Shown one piece after another: positions 25,346 to 39,245 of a DNA stretch of 64,000 nucleotides (its first letter is position 1; each line of letters opens with the position of its first letter). This DNA is from Scyliorhinus canicula (lineage: Eukaryota), in NCBI RefSeq assembly GCF_902713615.1, contig NC_052155.1, positions 163,841,828-163,905,827 on the forward strand, in the 5' to 3' direction. Under the pieces are notes generated by a model. It was not told the DNA's origin. It saw nothing but the letters and a program-made list of their open reading frames with translations, and searched no databases. The position numbers and the translations under genes are program-made.

Positions 25346-25949
25346 TAATTTATTAAGTTACTACATTGAAAGCATTATATAAATGCGAGATGTCCTTGCT
25401 TTTGTTCTCAGTAACTTTCATTTTAATGGTTTATTTTTCCAACTCCCAACTTTGCGACCTCATTGGTAGTTTCACTCGTGTAGCCATCCTAGCAAGTGAA
25501 ATGTCCAATTATAAATCTGAACCATTTTCTATGTCAGAACTGAATGATAATGTTGCAGATATATTTTCTCTGCAAAAAATGTGATAAGCTAATTAAAGTA
25601 CTCTGCAGTGCACATGAGAATGTCTTTTAATTAGGCTCATTATCCAAACTGACCATTTCTTACTTCAGTAATTCAATGGTCCCTATTTCTAAATTGGCTT
25701 ATCCTTCTTGACCTAACAGGCAAAAGTTAAAAATTACTGTTGTTACAAAATAAAAATAAATCAATAAAGTGCATCCTTGGCAAATCACATGACTGTCTTA
25801 TTCAACCTTTCCTCGTAATGGCAAGATAAAAATGTTCTTTTCCTTTTGGCATGACTTGGGCAGGTTAGTGACACGGTCCCAGATGCTTCCTGTCCCCAGC
25901 ACGACTTCATTGATTTTCTGCTGTCAACACAGGTTTACTTTTTTTGGAA

Positions 25950-26250
25950 TTCCATAGAATTCCATAGATTCCCTACAGTGCAGATGTAAGGCATTCAGCC
26001 CATTGAGTCTGCACCGACCTTTCGAAAGAGCACTCCACTGAGGCCCACTCCCCTGTCCTATCCGCGTAAACCTGCGTGGGGATCAGGGCCCGTCCACCTA
26101 CCTTGCACATCTTTGGACTGTGGGAGGAAACTGGAGCACCCGGAGGAAATCCACACAGACATGGGGAGAACATGCAAACTGCACACAGTCACCCAAGGCC
26201 GGAATCAAACTCTGATGCTGTAAGAAAGCATTGCTAACCACTGTGTCATC
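25950..26250 (-). mobile_element. HE1 SINE
   Basis: Tail, V core and head. Confidence 0.8.
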
Positions 26251-26419
26251 ATACAACTCTAATTTTCATAAGATACAAATGATATCGTGCATCGTATGAC
26301 AGATTTCCCATCATTTGGACGTCACCATATTCCTGATGTCCAGCATTGATATGGGCAGCAGTTGTTGGCGAGGGGGAGCATTCAATGATGGTCTTGACTG
26401 TTTGCTGTTGAAGGATCTT

Positions 26420-27033
26420 GGGCTAGATTCTCCGCAGCCTGACGCCATGATCGCGGTCGGAGCCGGGGGCAGAAAATCCAGTTTGATGCCGTAATCGGGA
26501 CCGGCGCTGGTCCGGCGATTATCCGAGCTCCGAGAATCGGCGTCACCGTGGAGTACGCCGCACGGCCGGGGACCCATTGCCGGAGGCCCACTCAGCAAAC
26601 CTCTGCTCTCGACCAGCCGAGTTCCCGACATCGTGGAAGTAACCACCTATTGCCGGTTGGGATGCTCGCGTAACGGTTGCGGACTTAGTCCACGGCCCCC
26701 TGGTCGGGGGCGGGCGGATCGGAGATGAGAGGAGGCCTTATAGGCGGCCGGGGTTTTAGTGTGCGGGGGTTGAGGCTCGGGCAAGTGGCCGATCGAGGGG
26801 GTTTATTTTTTTTGTTTGGCCGCTGGAGGTCACCACCGTGCGCATGCGCGGCATCTGACCCAGAACTGAAGGGGCCCGTATCTGCAGCAAAAGCTGCGAG
26901 ATTCACTCCGGGTCACTGCTGGCCCCATGTAGGGCTATGAATTAGTCTAACTTTTCTCAAGGAATTTTGGGGGTAAAACTCCACCGTTTTTGCACAGGCG
27001 TGGGGGCATAGTCTCATTTTGGGAGAATCCAGC
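26420..27033. mobile_element. Harbinger-type MITE
   Basis: gggctagattctcc / ggagaatccagc. Confidence 0.75.
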
Positions 27034-27059
27034 TTTTTCTCCACACTTGTGTTGAACCA

Positions 27060-27800
27060 GTGATGCTCAGTATGGAAATGACCCAACTCTGGGAAATGGG
27101 TTTCAATAAATGGAAGAGGATGTGGCAAGGGCCGAGGTGTTTTATTTATTCCATTATAAAGCTACAGCCAATGGTGTCAGTTGAAGAAAATCTGCTGCAG
27201 ATTTCCGCAGTGCTAACCCTCCATTGAGAATTGAATTACTTTGTCAACATTGTTATATGCAAGGTGCGGTAGCGTAGCCCCTTCAAGGGATGAGCCCTCA
27301 TAGTCCACATGATCGACTCAGTGCCTACCGTGCGTGACCATTTGGGAAGAAGCGTGGGGCCCTGGAAGTGGGGTCCCGGTAGAGTGGACCGTGGGGCTAG
27401 AGAGTGAAGACCTGTTTAGTGACTCTGCCTTTACCAGTTACCAATAAACCCTTGTTTCGTTATACTCTCTTGTATTGCCTTGAGCCACCATTCAAGGTAA
27501 ATGAGGAACTTCAGTAGGTTGTAGAAAATAAATCACCAGTAAAGTGAGTTTAAATAACCTGTTCCCAATTTGGGACTGTTGGCCTTTGGGTCCAATGCCA
27601 ACTCTTCACTTTTCAGTCGAAAGTTGAGTCGTGTGCCTTTAAGTGCCTCTTGTATAACCTCAGTAAAAACAGCCTATTTTCAGGTTGTCATTCTGTTTTT
27701 CCAATCTAATTGACCTGTCTTCCAGCTCTGATGCTGCATTAAATGTCTCTGCTGAGTTTCATTCTCATTCTTGACTGATGAGCCTCCAGCTCAGTCCTGT
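27060..27800 (-). pseudogene. Degenerate GREB1-like coding segment split by a solo LTR
   Basis: 27574-27491 reads PKLGTGYLNSLYW*FIFYNLLKFLIYLE (~PQIGKTGAYLQFL...LTEVDVYDE); about 27110-27075 reads THFPELGHF (~DPWPDLELF). Confidence 0.55.
27251..27490 (+). mobile_element. Short solo LTR
   Basis: TG...CA termini, AATAAA near 27443. Confidence 0.6.
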
Positions 27801-28399
27801 CTGCCCTTTGTTTCTTTTATGTCTTGAATTAAAGCCTTGAGTTTTCCTTTATGCTCATTAGCTCATTGATTGATGCAAGTTTTAATGTTAGTAAGCTCTT
27901 GCATCAGTGAGTCTGGTCCTGGGTTTGGAGGGGAATTAGATGAGGCACTGTAATCTTTATGCTGGATTGAAAAATGAAATGAAAAAATGAAAATCGCTTA
28001 TTGTCACAAGTCGGCTCCAAATGAAGTTCCTGTGAAAAGCCCCTAGTCGCCACATTCCGCACCTGTTCGAGAAGGCTGTTCCAGGAATTGAACCGTGCTG
28101 CTGGTCTGCCTTGATCTGCTTTAAAAGCCAGCTCTTTAGCCTTGTGCTAAACCACTTTGGAAGTGTCAGGCCTAGTTTTAAGTACAGCAGCACAGGGAGG
28201 ATATATTTTGCTGGGTGTAGTGACATGCATAAACAAGTGTATGTGTAAATGACCTCCAACCAGTAGGTATCAGGCAAGGAATAGCACATGACACTGTCGC
28301 CTGGGGGCTGCTGGATGAGAAATCATCGTGGTCAGTCGTGTTTGTATTACTTCCAGTTTGAGAGCATTAGTTTCCTACCCACAGTTCATTATACTATCA

Positions 28400-30700
28400 T
28401 AAAATCAACACGTCCTGATCTAGATGTCCTTTCGTACACGGACTCAGTAATTGTCTCTGTACAGGAGCATAACATGATACCTGGAGCAGTTATCAAAAAC
28501 TAAAGATCAGAAATGTGAAGAATTGAAGGACACAGTCTTCAAATTTGGTAAAATAGTGCTGCAAGGAAAATGCAAAACCAGTGCTAGAAGAAGATGGAAA
28601 GTTAAAAAACTTCTGAACAACTTTTGAGTAACCGGTAATGTTGATGGCAATTGACACGCATTTGAACAACAGTTTACACTGTAAGTAGTAACTCTAGGAT
28701 TGTAGGCACAGCCAGGTAAAATAAATATAGTGTTGTTGCTTACAGTCGCAGGCCCGCAGGTGATTGAGATTTATAACATTTTCATTTATAAACAAGAGGC
28801 GACAGTAAAAGATTTGATGCCACCATAAAAAAAAATTGATGAGCATTGCAGCCTGAAAAAGAATGAAACCTATGAGCGATATATATTTAGAATGTGCACA
28901 CAGAAGACGGTGAGCCTTTGACAGCTTTCTTACCGACCTCAAGTTAAAAGCACAAACGTATAACTTCTCGACTTTAAAATCCTCAATCGTTTGGGATCAA
29001 ATTGTCTTTGGAGTAAATGATGATAAGGTGCACGAACGTCTCTTTGGGGAGAATGAGCTTCAGTTACAAGACATGATTAAGATTTGCCACGCTAGTGAAC
29101 TAACTGTGCAACAGAACAACAGATTCATTGCACAAGGTTTTGGCGAGAAAGTTGGGAGCGATGCTGACACCAAAGGGCAGCACGGTAGCACAAGTGGATA
29201 GCACTGTAGCTTTACAGTGCCAGGGTCCCAGGTTCGATTCCCCGCTGGGTCACGGTCTGTGCGGAGTCGGCACGTTCTCCCCATGTCTGCGTGGGTTTCC
29301 TCCGGGTGCTCCGGTTTCCTCCCACAGTCCAAAGCCGTGCGGGTTCGATGGATTGGCCATGATAAATTGCCCTTAGTGACCAAAAAGGTGAGGTGGGGTT
29401 ATTGGGTTACGGGGATAGGGTGGAAATGAGGGCTTAATTGAGTCAGTGCAGACTCGATGGGCCGAATGGCCACTTTATGCACTGTATGTTCTATGTTCAT
29501 AGATGTTCTAATGCATTCAAAAATAAAACGTGGTCTCAGCAGCGGTGGCCATTTTATACGCTTGCCAGAAGGAGCCATGACATGCAAAAGATGTGGAAAC
29601 AGGCACCAATGTCCAGCATATGGCAAAATTTACACAAAGTGCAAAGGAAAAAATCATTTTGTGAAACAATGTGACATAAGCAAAATAGTGAATGCAGGGA
29701 AGTCAATTAATACAATTGATGACATTCATTTGGAAGGCACATTTTTTATTGATGTAGTCTCGGATGAAGACAGGGCAAACACTGCCTGAAAATGTCGCCT
29801 ATAAGAACAAAAAGTGATAAAAAATGATAATGGAACAAAGACAAAAGATAAATGGACAATTTCTTTGTTGGTAATTTGATCACTTATCACTGTGAAGTGA
29901 GATACAGGAATAAGAGCAAACCTCATAAGCATCAGTGATGTCAAGACTATGCAATTAAAACCAAGAATATTGAATAAACCAGTCTGCTTGAAGGACGATA
30001 ATGGTCAGAAAGTTGGCACATTGGGAATGTGTGTATTGGATGCACAAGTAAAAGATAAAGTGCACAAAGTAAAATTCTCAATAGCAACGGAAGATCCTGA
30101 GCTGTTATTAGGTGAAGCACTGGAACTGGTGTAAAGAGTGTATAGCACTGACTGTGCACTGAACACACACAGTGGGTCAGTGGAGTCCATTGTTCAGGCT
30201 TTTCCAGAAACATTCTAAGGTTTTGGTGTTTGACCTTACACCTACAAGGTTCAATTAAAAAATAATGCTCAACCAGTGATACATGCTCCTAGGGGAGTTC
30301 CAGCACCATTATGTGAACGTCTAAAGACCGAATTAGACAGGGTGACACATCTTGGCATTATAAAAAAGATTGAAGAGCCGACAGATTGGGTCAATTCAAT
30401 GGTATGTGTAATAAAAAGAAACAATGATCCTGGAATATGTATGGATTCCAAAGATTTAAATGTGAATATAAAAAGGGAACGCTACCTCATACCTAAAGGA
30501 GATCACAAGTGAGATGTCTGGTGAAACATATTTCAGCAAACTTGATGCTTGGCAAGGATTCTGGCAGCTCAAGCTAGATGAAGAAAGGACCAAGCACTGC
30601 ACATTCAATACTCCGTTGGCAGATATTGCTTTCTTCGTGTGCACTTTGACATAATATCAGCATCATAATTATCCACAAAGCAATGGAACATATAGTTGAA
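28400..30700 (+). mobile_element. Degenerate Gypsy gag-pro-RT fragment
   Basis: KNETYERYIF, DQIVFGV, Cys/His knuckles CKRCGNRH-C and KCKGKNHFVKQC, DTG, PTDWVNSMV, FSKLDA..GFWQ. Confidence 0.85.
29175..29497 (+). mobile_element. HE1 SINE nested in Gypsy gag
   Basis: Full head and (tgttcta) tail. Confidence 0.88.
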
Positions 30701-30852
30701 GAACATTACACTAGGAGCAGGTATAATTCACTGGAATGATCCTGCAAATAATAATGTCAAATGATGAGATGAGGTACATGGACTGGGATTGTATTCACTT
30801 CAGTGTAAGCAATTGAGGGCCGATATACTTGAGGTACTTAAGACAATTTAAT

Positions 30853-31207
30853 GGGGCAGCACGGTAGCATAGTGGTTAGCACACTTGTTTCACAGCTCCA
30901 GGGCCCCCAGGTTCGATTCCCGGCTTGGGTCACTGTGCGGAGTCTGCTCGTTCTCCCGTGTATTTGTGGGTTTCCTCCTAGTGCTCCGGTTTCCTCCCAC
31001 AGTCCAAATATGTGTAGGTTAGGTGGATTGGCCATGATAAATTGCCCTTAGTGTCCAAAATTGCCCTCAGTGTTGGGTAGGGTTATGGGGATAGGGTGGG
31101 GGTGTGGGCTTGGTTAGGGTGCTCTTTCCAAGATCCGGTGCAGACTCGATGGGCCGAATGGCCTCCTGCTGCACTGTAAATTCTATGATATGATCTAATT
31201 CTATGAT
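30853..31207 (+). mobile_element. HE1 SINE inside an old CR1 3' fragment (about 30770-31480)
   Basis: Full-length copy, (ttctatga) tail. Confidence 0.88.
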
Positions 31208-31694
31208 ATGGGGAGACATAATAATTCCTTTGGTGAGGGACTTCGGAACAAGTGGACATGAACTTAAAATGAGTTATCAGCTATTCTGGGGTTACATCTG
31301 GAAGCGCACTTTACACAAAGGTGGTGACAATCTGGACAACCTCTGCAGAAAAGTTGTTGAAGAAAGGTCAGTTGAAGGTTTGAAACAGATTAAGCAAGCA
31401 CATTACGGGACATGGAACAAAGGTAGGGGAAGGATACAGATACAGAGCAAATTGAACAATGGGGCTGGCTAGAGGCTGATGTCCTCAAGTTCCATATTAT
31501 TACTCTCTTGCTGACTAAGGTGGGTAATAGCAGTACAGCTTTGTGGGTTGTAACATATCATTTTAAGATCACAAATCCTGAGAAAGGTTTGCATGAAAAT
31601 TTTGGTAAATTAAGAGGAGAACTACTTGTGCAGTATTTTCTGTTTTTCTGACTGAGTGTCAACCCTGGTGGGAAAATCAGTATGCAGCCCACCC

Positions 31695-31830
31695 ATAAGA
31701 CCATAAGACATAAGAGCACAATTAGGCCACTTGGCCCATCGAGTCTGCTCCGCCATTCAATCATGGCTGATATCATGGCTGGTATTTTCTCATCCCCATT
31801 CTCCTGCCTCCTCCCCAAAACCCCTGCTTC
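31695..31830 (-). mobile_element. CR1 3' end
   Basis: (cataaga) tail; matches the 3' UTR at 53220-53300. Confidence 0.75.
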
Positions 31831-31914
31831 TCTTATTACTGTCGGCTTTTACCGCCATAACTTTTAACACTTGGTCAAAGCAAATCTCGAGGGTGGATCC
31901 TATGGTGTCACGCT

Positions 31915-32290
31915 GGATTTGGATTTGCTTATTGTCACATGTACCGAGGTACAGTGAAAAGTATTTTTCTGCGTGCAGCTCAAACAGATCATTTAGTACA
32001 TGAAATGAAAAGAAAATACATAATAGTGCAATACAAGGAACACAATGTAAATACCTAGACACTGGCATTGGGTGAAGCACACAGGAGAGTAGTATTAAAC
32101 TGACGAGTCCATGAGAGGGTCGTTTCGGAGTCTGGTAACAGCGGGGAAGAAGCAGTTTTTGATTCTGTTTGTGCGTGTTCTCAAACTTTTGTGTCTCCTG
32201 CCCGATGGCAGAAGTTGGTTAGAAGAGTGAGTAAGCCGGGTGGGAGGGGTCTTTGGTTACGCTGCCCACTTTCCCAAGGCAGGCTGTGAA
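31915..32290 (-). mobile_element. Rex1/Babar LINE 3' fragment
   Basis: Homologous to the 3' end of the 56490-58095 element. Confidence 0.7.
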
Positions 32291-32319
32291 TAAGCACGGC
32301 CTGCAAGCAATGTCGGTCA

Positions 32320-32550
32320 TTTTTTGTTTTTCAAATTTAGAGTACCGAATTATTTTTTTCCCAATGAAGGGGCAATTTAGCATAGCCAATCCACCTACCT
32401 TGTACATCTTTGGGTTGCGGGGGTGAAACCCACGCAGACAGAGGGAGAATGTGCAAACACCACACGGACAGTGACCCAGAGCCAGGATTCGAACCCGGGT
32501 CCTCAGCGCTGTCGGCGGCAATGCTAACCACTGTGCCACGTGCCGCCCCG
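32320..32550 (-). mobile_element. Poly(A)-tailed V-SINE
   Basis: Same family as 565-807. Confidence 0.85.
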
Positions 32551-34019
32551 GGATGGTATTTTTAAAGGGCACCCTGATCTGAGCAGGATAAAAATAAGAA
32601 ACAGGGACTCCCCATGAACATGGGGACACTCCCTCCACCGTCCCCCCGTCCCCCCCAACACCCTCTCCACTTTGCCCTGGCACTGGGCAGTGGCCGGGCA
32701 TGATGTGCTCGCCCCTGGGGGTTGTACTTACCTGTGCGCTTGTGGCAGATTCTTTTAACCAGGTCCCCAGTTGTCAAAAACTGTTGTAAAACCCGCTGAC
32801 ATGACATCACGTTAGCGGGGCAGGAGGGTGAGGAGGTGGATTATCTAATGCGCAGAGATAATGGACCAAGGAGGCCAGCCAATGTTTTAAAATGTATGGC
32901 AATGGGATTTCCGACCTTTCATGGCTGGAATCCCCTTACGTCATTGGCGGAGGACAATCAAGTAGGGAAATCCTGCTGCCGCGAGATCCATTTGGGGACT
33001 CCCGCTTGACTCTCTGCCCCCACTGGCATTCCAGCTCAGCAGAAATAGGGGCAGAAAATCCCAGCCATTAGAACTGCCGGATATTCAGAGAAAACTGCAG
33101 ATTGATGTCTAAAACCGAGGGTGGAATTCCCCCAAGCCTTTTCGTTGGCAGGCGTGGTGTGGGGCGGGGGGCGGGGGAGAGAGAATACAGCGGGATACCC
33201 AGAAATCAGCTTCACGCTGATGTGATCTTCCGTCAGAAAACCTATCAGCTGCTGGTGTGAACCGCATTCCATTCATGCAAATAAAGACTTAACTTCCCCA
33301 ACGCCAGATCCTGCGCAATGTAGCATGCAGAAGTCGGGATTCACCTGGACCATGTCTGGGGTTTCCCCGAGAGTTCGTGATGTAGGCCACCGGCAATAAT
33401 AATAATAATAATAGTCACTTATTGTCACAAGTAGGCTTCAATGAACTTACTGTGAAAAGCCCCTCGTCGCCACATTCCGGCGCCTGTTCAGGGAGGCTGG
33501 TACGGGAATTGAACCCGTGCTTCTGGCATTGTTCTGCATTACAAGCCAGCTAATTAGCCCACTGTGCTAAACCAGCCCCAATCCAGGACTGTAGCATCAC
33601 AGCGCCATCCAGACCTGCCTCACCACTAAATATAGCATAAAACATCTGGATACATACTCAGTGGGTTTCTCGCCAACCTCCGCAGTGGGAAAAGCTCCCA
33701 TGTTCCAACACCCGCAATGGTACTTACGCTCAAAATGGGAGAATTCCACCTCTGGAGTCTGAGCAAGATGAGTCCAGCATGGAAAAAGGATTGGGTAGAG
33801 TGTCCATGACATCAACATAAAAATTCAGTCCATTTGTGTTATGAAGACTTTTTTTTAATTTAACGCATAAATGAACAGAAAGCCTTCAGGAATCCCCAGT
33901 GTTCGAATATTATGAGTGGCTACAAAAATATAAACTTGGAGAACATTATTAGCATTGCAATGTTATGAACACAGAAATTAGCATGGTTAATTAGGCCGCA
34001 AGTGGGTAAATGGGTCACT

Positions 34020-34375
34020 TGTTCTTTAGCTTTACTTTCACTGAGCATTGATCTTTGTTCTCCCATTAACATATTCTGCTATCTTACCTTTATGCCACTA
34101 TGAGCATGTTCTTCTGTCCTTAATGGACACTCCCTTGTCTTGTGTCCATGACATCTTTGTGTCCATGATCTACCCTTAGCTCCGATGTTTCCCTGACCTT
34201 CCGTGCTCCACCTTCTCCACCCCACCCTGCTCTCCAACTATATAATCCATTGCGTATCTATCCCTCTTTAGCTCTGGAGAAGAGTCATACGGACTTGAAA
34301 TGTTAACTCTGTTTCTGTCTCCACAGATGCTGCCAGACCTGCTGGGTTTATCCAGCAGTTTCAGTTTTCATTTTA
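34020..34375 (+). mobile_element. Penelope-like element terminal fragment
   Basis: ctccacagatgctgccagacctgctg...ccagca motif that I recognise from shark Penelope-like repeats. Confidence 0.55.
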
Positions 34376-35159
34376 TTCTTTCATTCGCCGACAATCCCCC
34401 CACCAACATTCATCGCTGGCAACCGCCCCTGACATTCATTGCCGCCAACCCCCCTCTCAATTTCTGCTCTCCTCCCCCCACCCCCGCCACCACTACACAT
34501 CAATACAAACCCCCACAAATGGGGCTCCCACTTGGATCCACCCCGCCACGGCCCCACACTGGTTAGCAGTGCCAGGTTGGCAGTATCAACCTGTGCTGGG
34601 GGCAGTGCCATGGCATTGCCCGAACATGTACTTCTCTCCCCCCCTCCTCCCTGGGGCTATATTTATCTCTGTGCCCATAGGGGGAACCCTTCAACTGTCC
34701 ACTGGTTTCAATGCAGTTACAATCTGGAATGTGAAAAATGTCCTTGTGCTTAAAGTCTGATTTTGACCCTGCCTGCCCAGGGCAGATGGTTAAATGGCAG
34801 CTGGGTGTTTCCGACTGCGTGCCCAGTTGCTGCCATTTTAGGCTATTATTTCTGGTCATGCAATTGGCTCTCATTGTAAGCTTCAGTAAAATACAAAAGT
34901 CACGGATGGCTTTATTTGGACCCTGGTAGAATTTGAACTCAAAATTGTATAAGTCCTGCTCAGGGACAAGATGGTGTGTCTGAGCAACAGAAGGCATTCA
35001 AGGAACAGATTCAAAGTGACAGCTCACTGGATCAGAATTTATTTTTTTGCAGCTGGCAAAATCTTCGTAAAGAGGGTTCCAAGCTTCCAGAATGCATCTT
35101 TCACCTGACTATTTGCTCAAATTGTCACTATCAGAAAGCTTTCTTTGCAAATCATTGAA

Positions 35160-35492
35160 CCAAGACAGTGCAGAAGGAGGCCATTTGGCCCATCAAGATT
35201 GCATTGATCCTCCAAAAGAACACTCTACCACAGGCCCATTCCCTCACCTTATCCCTGCAACCCAGTAATCCAACCTAACCTTTTGGACACCAAGAGATAA
35301 TTCAACATGGCCAATTCACCTAAACTGCACATCTTTGGACGGTGGGAGGAAACCGGACCGGCACCTGGAGGAAACCCACACAGATACGGGGAGAATATGC
35401 AAACCCCACACAGACAGTCACCCAAGTCCGGAATTCAACCCGGGTTCCTGGCACTGTGAGGCAGCAGTGCTAACCACTGTGCCACCATGTCG
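35160..35492 (-). mobile_element. HE1 SINE
   Basis: Diverged full copy. Confidence 0.8.
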
Positions 35493-36184
35493 CATCATGG
35501 GTGCTTTTGTTGCTATTTTCTTCGGGGGATCAGACACCTGGAGGAAGGGAAGCAGCAGCCTTGACAACATTAGCTGGCCCAATCAGAATATTACAGATGA
35601 GAGAGGCTGATTGTAAAAGGTTATACCCAGAACACAAGATTTCCAGGTCAAGATTCACCTTCTTGGTTCTTCCAGCACTGCAGTGCTCAATGATCTATGC
35701 ACTGTCAGAAAGGCCATTGCACCTCATGCAACAGGGAGAGAAAAAACTGACTGTAAACTTTTCTTCAGGTATCTGAAGAGAAAAATATTGGTGAAGACAA
35801 ATGTAGGTCCCTTGGGGTGCTCTTCCCAAGAGCCGGTCCAGACTTGATGGGCCGAATGGCCTCCTTCTGCACTGTAAATCCTATGATTCTATACAGTCAT
35901 AAATAGAGGAATTTACAAAGGGAAATATACAATTGGCTGACCAACTAAATACATGCTTTGGTACTATCTTCGCAAAAGATGACGCAAATAACATAGCAGA
36001 AATGTTGGGGAACGCAGGGTTTAGTGAGAGAGAGGAAGTGAAGGAGATCAGTAATTAGTAGAAAAATTATGATATTGCTAGCACTGAAAGCCAATAAATC
36101 CCCAGGGCTTGATAATCGACATCCCAGGTTAATTAAGGAAGTGACCCAAGAAATAGTGTCAGTGGTGGTCACCTTCCAAGATTC

Positions 36185-37170
36185 TATAGACACAACTGTA
36201 GCGACATGTATGACTGACTGGTAGAAAGGGCCGACACCGTACTAGACACAACAAGAAAGAAATGGGAGGAGGACCTGCCGATTGAAATAGGGTTGGGACT
36301 CTGGAGAGAAGCACTGCATAGGGTCAACCCCACCTTCACGTGCGCAAGGCTCAGCCTGATGCAACTAAAAGTGGTACATAGAGCCGCACTTAACAAGAAC
36401 TCATATGAGTAGGTTATTCCCGGAGGTGGAGGATAGATGTGAACGGTGTCGCGGAGGCCTGACCAGCCACGCCCACATGTTCTGGTCTTGCCCCAGACTT
36501 GCGGGGTGCTGGACAGCCCTCTTCGAGGCAATGTCCAAAGTGGTGGGGGTGAGGGTGGAGCCATGCCGGAAAGAGGCGGTCTTCGGAGTATCAGACCAGC
36601 CAGATCTATTCCTGGGGAGGAAGGCGGATGCCTTTGCCTTTGCCTCCCTGATCGCCCGCCGTAGAATCCTGTTTGGCTGGCGGTCAGAAGCACCACGCAA
36701 AGCTGCAGACTGGCTGTCCGACCTCTCAGAATCTCTCCAAATCGATAAAAATCAAATTCGCCATCCGAGGGTGAGACAGCGGCTTCCACAGATTGTAGGA
36801 GCCATTCACCCAATTGTTCCGGGACCTGTTTGCGGCCAACGAAACAAGCAGAAGAATAGCCAGGGAGCCAAGAATCAGGGTAAAGTAGCCAAGGCGGGGG
36901 AGGGAGGGATAGACCTAAAGGGATAGCAGTAAAACCTAAGAGAATAGAAAGGCAAACCATAGGAGAAGGGTGGGGGGGGGGGGGGATAGGTGGGGGTGGA
37001 AGAGGGAGGAGACAGGGACAATAGCGGGGAACCTGTAAGATGGTGGGGGGGGGAGGCAAGGGAATGACAGCCGGAAGGAGGGCACGGTAAACAACAACAA
37101 CCTTGGCATCTACAGAACAGACAAGAAGGAAAATCCGGGCGAAAGACGGGACGAACGGCTGAAGCGGAGG
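36185..37170 (+). mobile_element. L1/Tx1-clade LINE 3' fragment
   Basis: C-terminal zinc knuckle CERC-x7-HMFWSC; G-rich 3' UTR. Confidence 0.8.
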
Positions 37171-38555
37171 TGATCGCGAGAAGACAGGATTACTGTAACA
37201 TCAGTAACAATGCTGCTTTAAAACATTCAATGCCCAGCGACCAAATTGCACAGGGAATGAGTGCTGGAAAACTCAAACAATCAAAACCAGAACAGAAAGG
37301 GTTAACTCTGAAATTCGCGATTGAAAAGTCGAGATCTAAAGAAAAAAATTTAACTTTAATGTCTTACAAAGCAAAACCGCTAAAAAAACGCTGGTGTCAG
37401 AGCACATTTCAGAGTCTCTGTGGAACAAAAGATGAAACTCTGTGTCTGCGCATGTGCAGGAAACCGAAGCCGCACACGCGCAGTGGTAAAAAAGCGCACA
37501 GTAAAGGAAGATCGACCTGCGCATGCCCAGTTCAAAGAAAAGGTTGCACCATTCAAAGATGGTTCTGCGCATGCGCAAGCCATGTATGCGCAGTGTACAG
37601 AAAACCGCAGAGTAAAGAAAGATCGATTCGCGCATGCGCAATCGAGCCCCACCAATGACGTTACGAACATCATGATGTCAGAGGACCTGGACCAAGCCCA
37701 CTTAAAAGGGAAATGCCCGAAAATTGAAAACAAGAAACTTCCAATTTTCTTACCTCAAAGGACAGAACAATGCCTGAACTTATACCAGCAGTGGAAGCTA
37801 ACTTTCACAACACCCTGGAACAAACAGTCTGCATCACCCAAAGTGAAGAGAACGACAACAAATCCGAAACAAAAAAAGATGAAGAGAACGATACCAAATC
37901 CGAAACAAAAAAAATGACTTGTTTTTCGAACAATATTACCCAGACATGGCTGAGTTATTCGGATATGCTGATCACAGCATCAGCAACACGGTTGCAAAGC
38001 TCAACACGACTCTACTCATGGTAGAAAATCCAATACCAGCATGCCATGGCAGATTGTCGAGACATTGGATGACAGCAATACCCAAGAAGAAGATGACGCC
38101 ACACAAAGAGCACAGAACGACTCCGTTGAGAGAGCACAGATTGACTCCACAGAGAAAGCACTGCACGACTCCACAGAGAGAGCGATGAAAGACTTCAAAG
38201 AGGGAGCGGTGCAAGCCTCCATGGACAGCTCGTTGACAGACTCAAAAATGGAAGCAAACAAACACTCCATTGCGAAGCCATGCATGAGCAAGACCATGAA
38301 GGTCAACCCACCGTATCTGAGCAACCACAAGCAGATTATGAAAGTCAACCAAGCTCACATAATCAACAAGAAGACAAAGTAAGGCTATCAACTGTATGTG
38401 AAACAGTGACAATGTGATCACAATCGACATACAGGATGTGCAGGATCACAGCAAGACTGACAGATCTCAACTCATCTGTACAGAAGCACTCAACAATCAG
38501 AGGAGGGCTACTCCTGAGTCCAGAGAGACCACGTCAATTGAAATCTTGAAGATTT

Positions 38556-38669
38556 TGACTCCAGAAGAGGAGCACCAAGAAAGCAAAGAAGAGGAATCAA
38601 ATCCACCACAAATGACTCCAGAAGAGGGGTACCAAGGAAGCAAAGAAGAGGAATCAAATCCACCACAAA
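38556..38669 (+). repeat. 57-bp tandem duplication
   Basis: tgactccagaagagg...ccaccacaaa twice. Confidence 0.9.
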
Positions 38670-38804
38670 TGACTGATGTCACCAACATCAATGCAACATC
38701 AGACCATTCTCTAGATGAAACGCTCAATATAACAGATACCACAGAGGACACTCGCACCAATAACTGACAATTACGCAAATTATCCGCACAGAACACTCAT
38801 TGAG

Positions 38805-39245
38805 CGCAACAAGAAAAACATAAACCACAAGAAGCACAGCAGAAACAAGAACAACAACAGCAAGAACAAAAACAACATGAAGCACAACAAGAACAACAAA
38901 AACCGCAAGAAGCACTGCAGAAACAAGAGCAACAACGGCAACAACAAAAATTACAAGCACAACAACAAAAACTACAAGAACAACAAGAAAAACAACAAGA
39001 AGCATAACAAAGACAACTAGAAGCATGACAAGAACAATGAAAACAACAAAAACAGAAACAACAAGCACAACAAGAAAAACGACAAGAACGACAAAAACAA
39101 CAAAAACAGAAACACCAAGCACAACAAGAAAAACAATAAGAACAACGACGAAAACAACAAAAACAGAAACAACAAGCACAACAAAAACAACAAGAACGAC
39201 AACGAAAACAACAAAGACAGAAACGACAGAAACAACAACAATGCA
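38805..39245 (+). repeat. A/C-rich minisatellite (ACA-based, higher-order unit of about 54-57 bp)
   Basis: acaacaagaacaacaaaaacagaaac... with very few T on the + strand. Confidence 0.9.
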
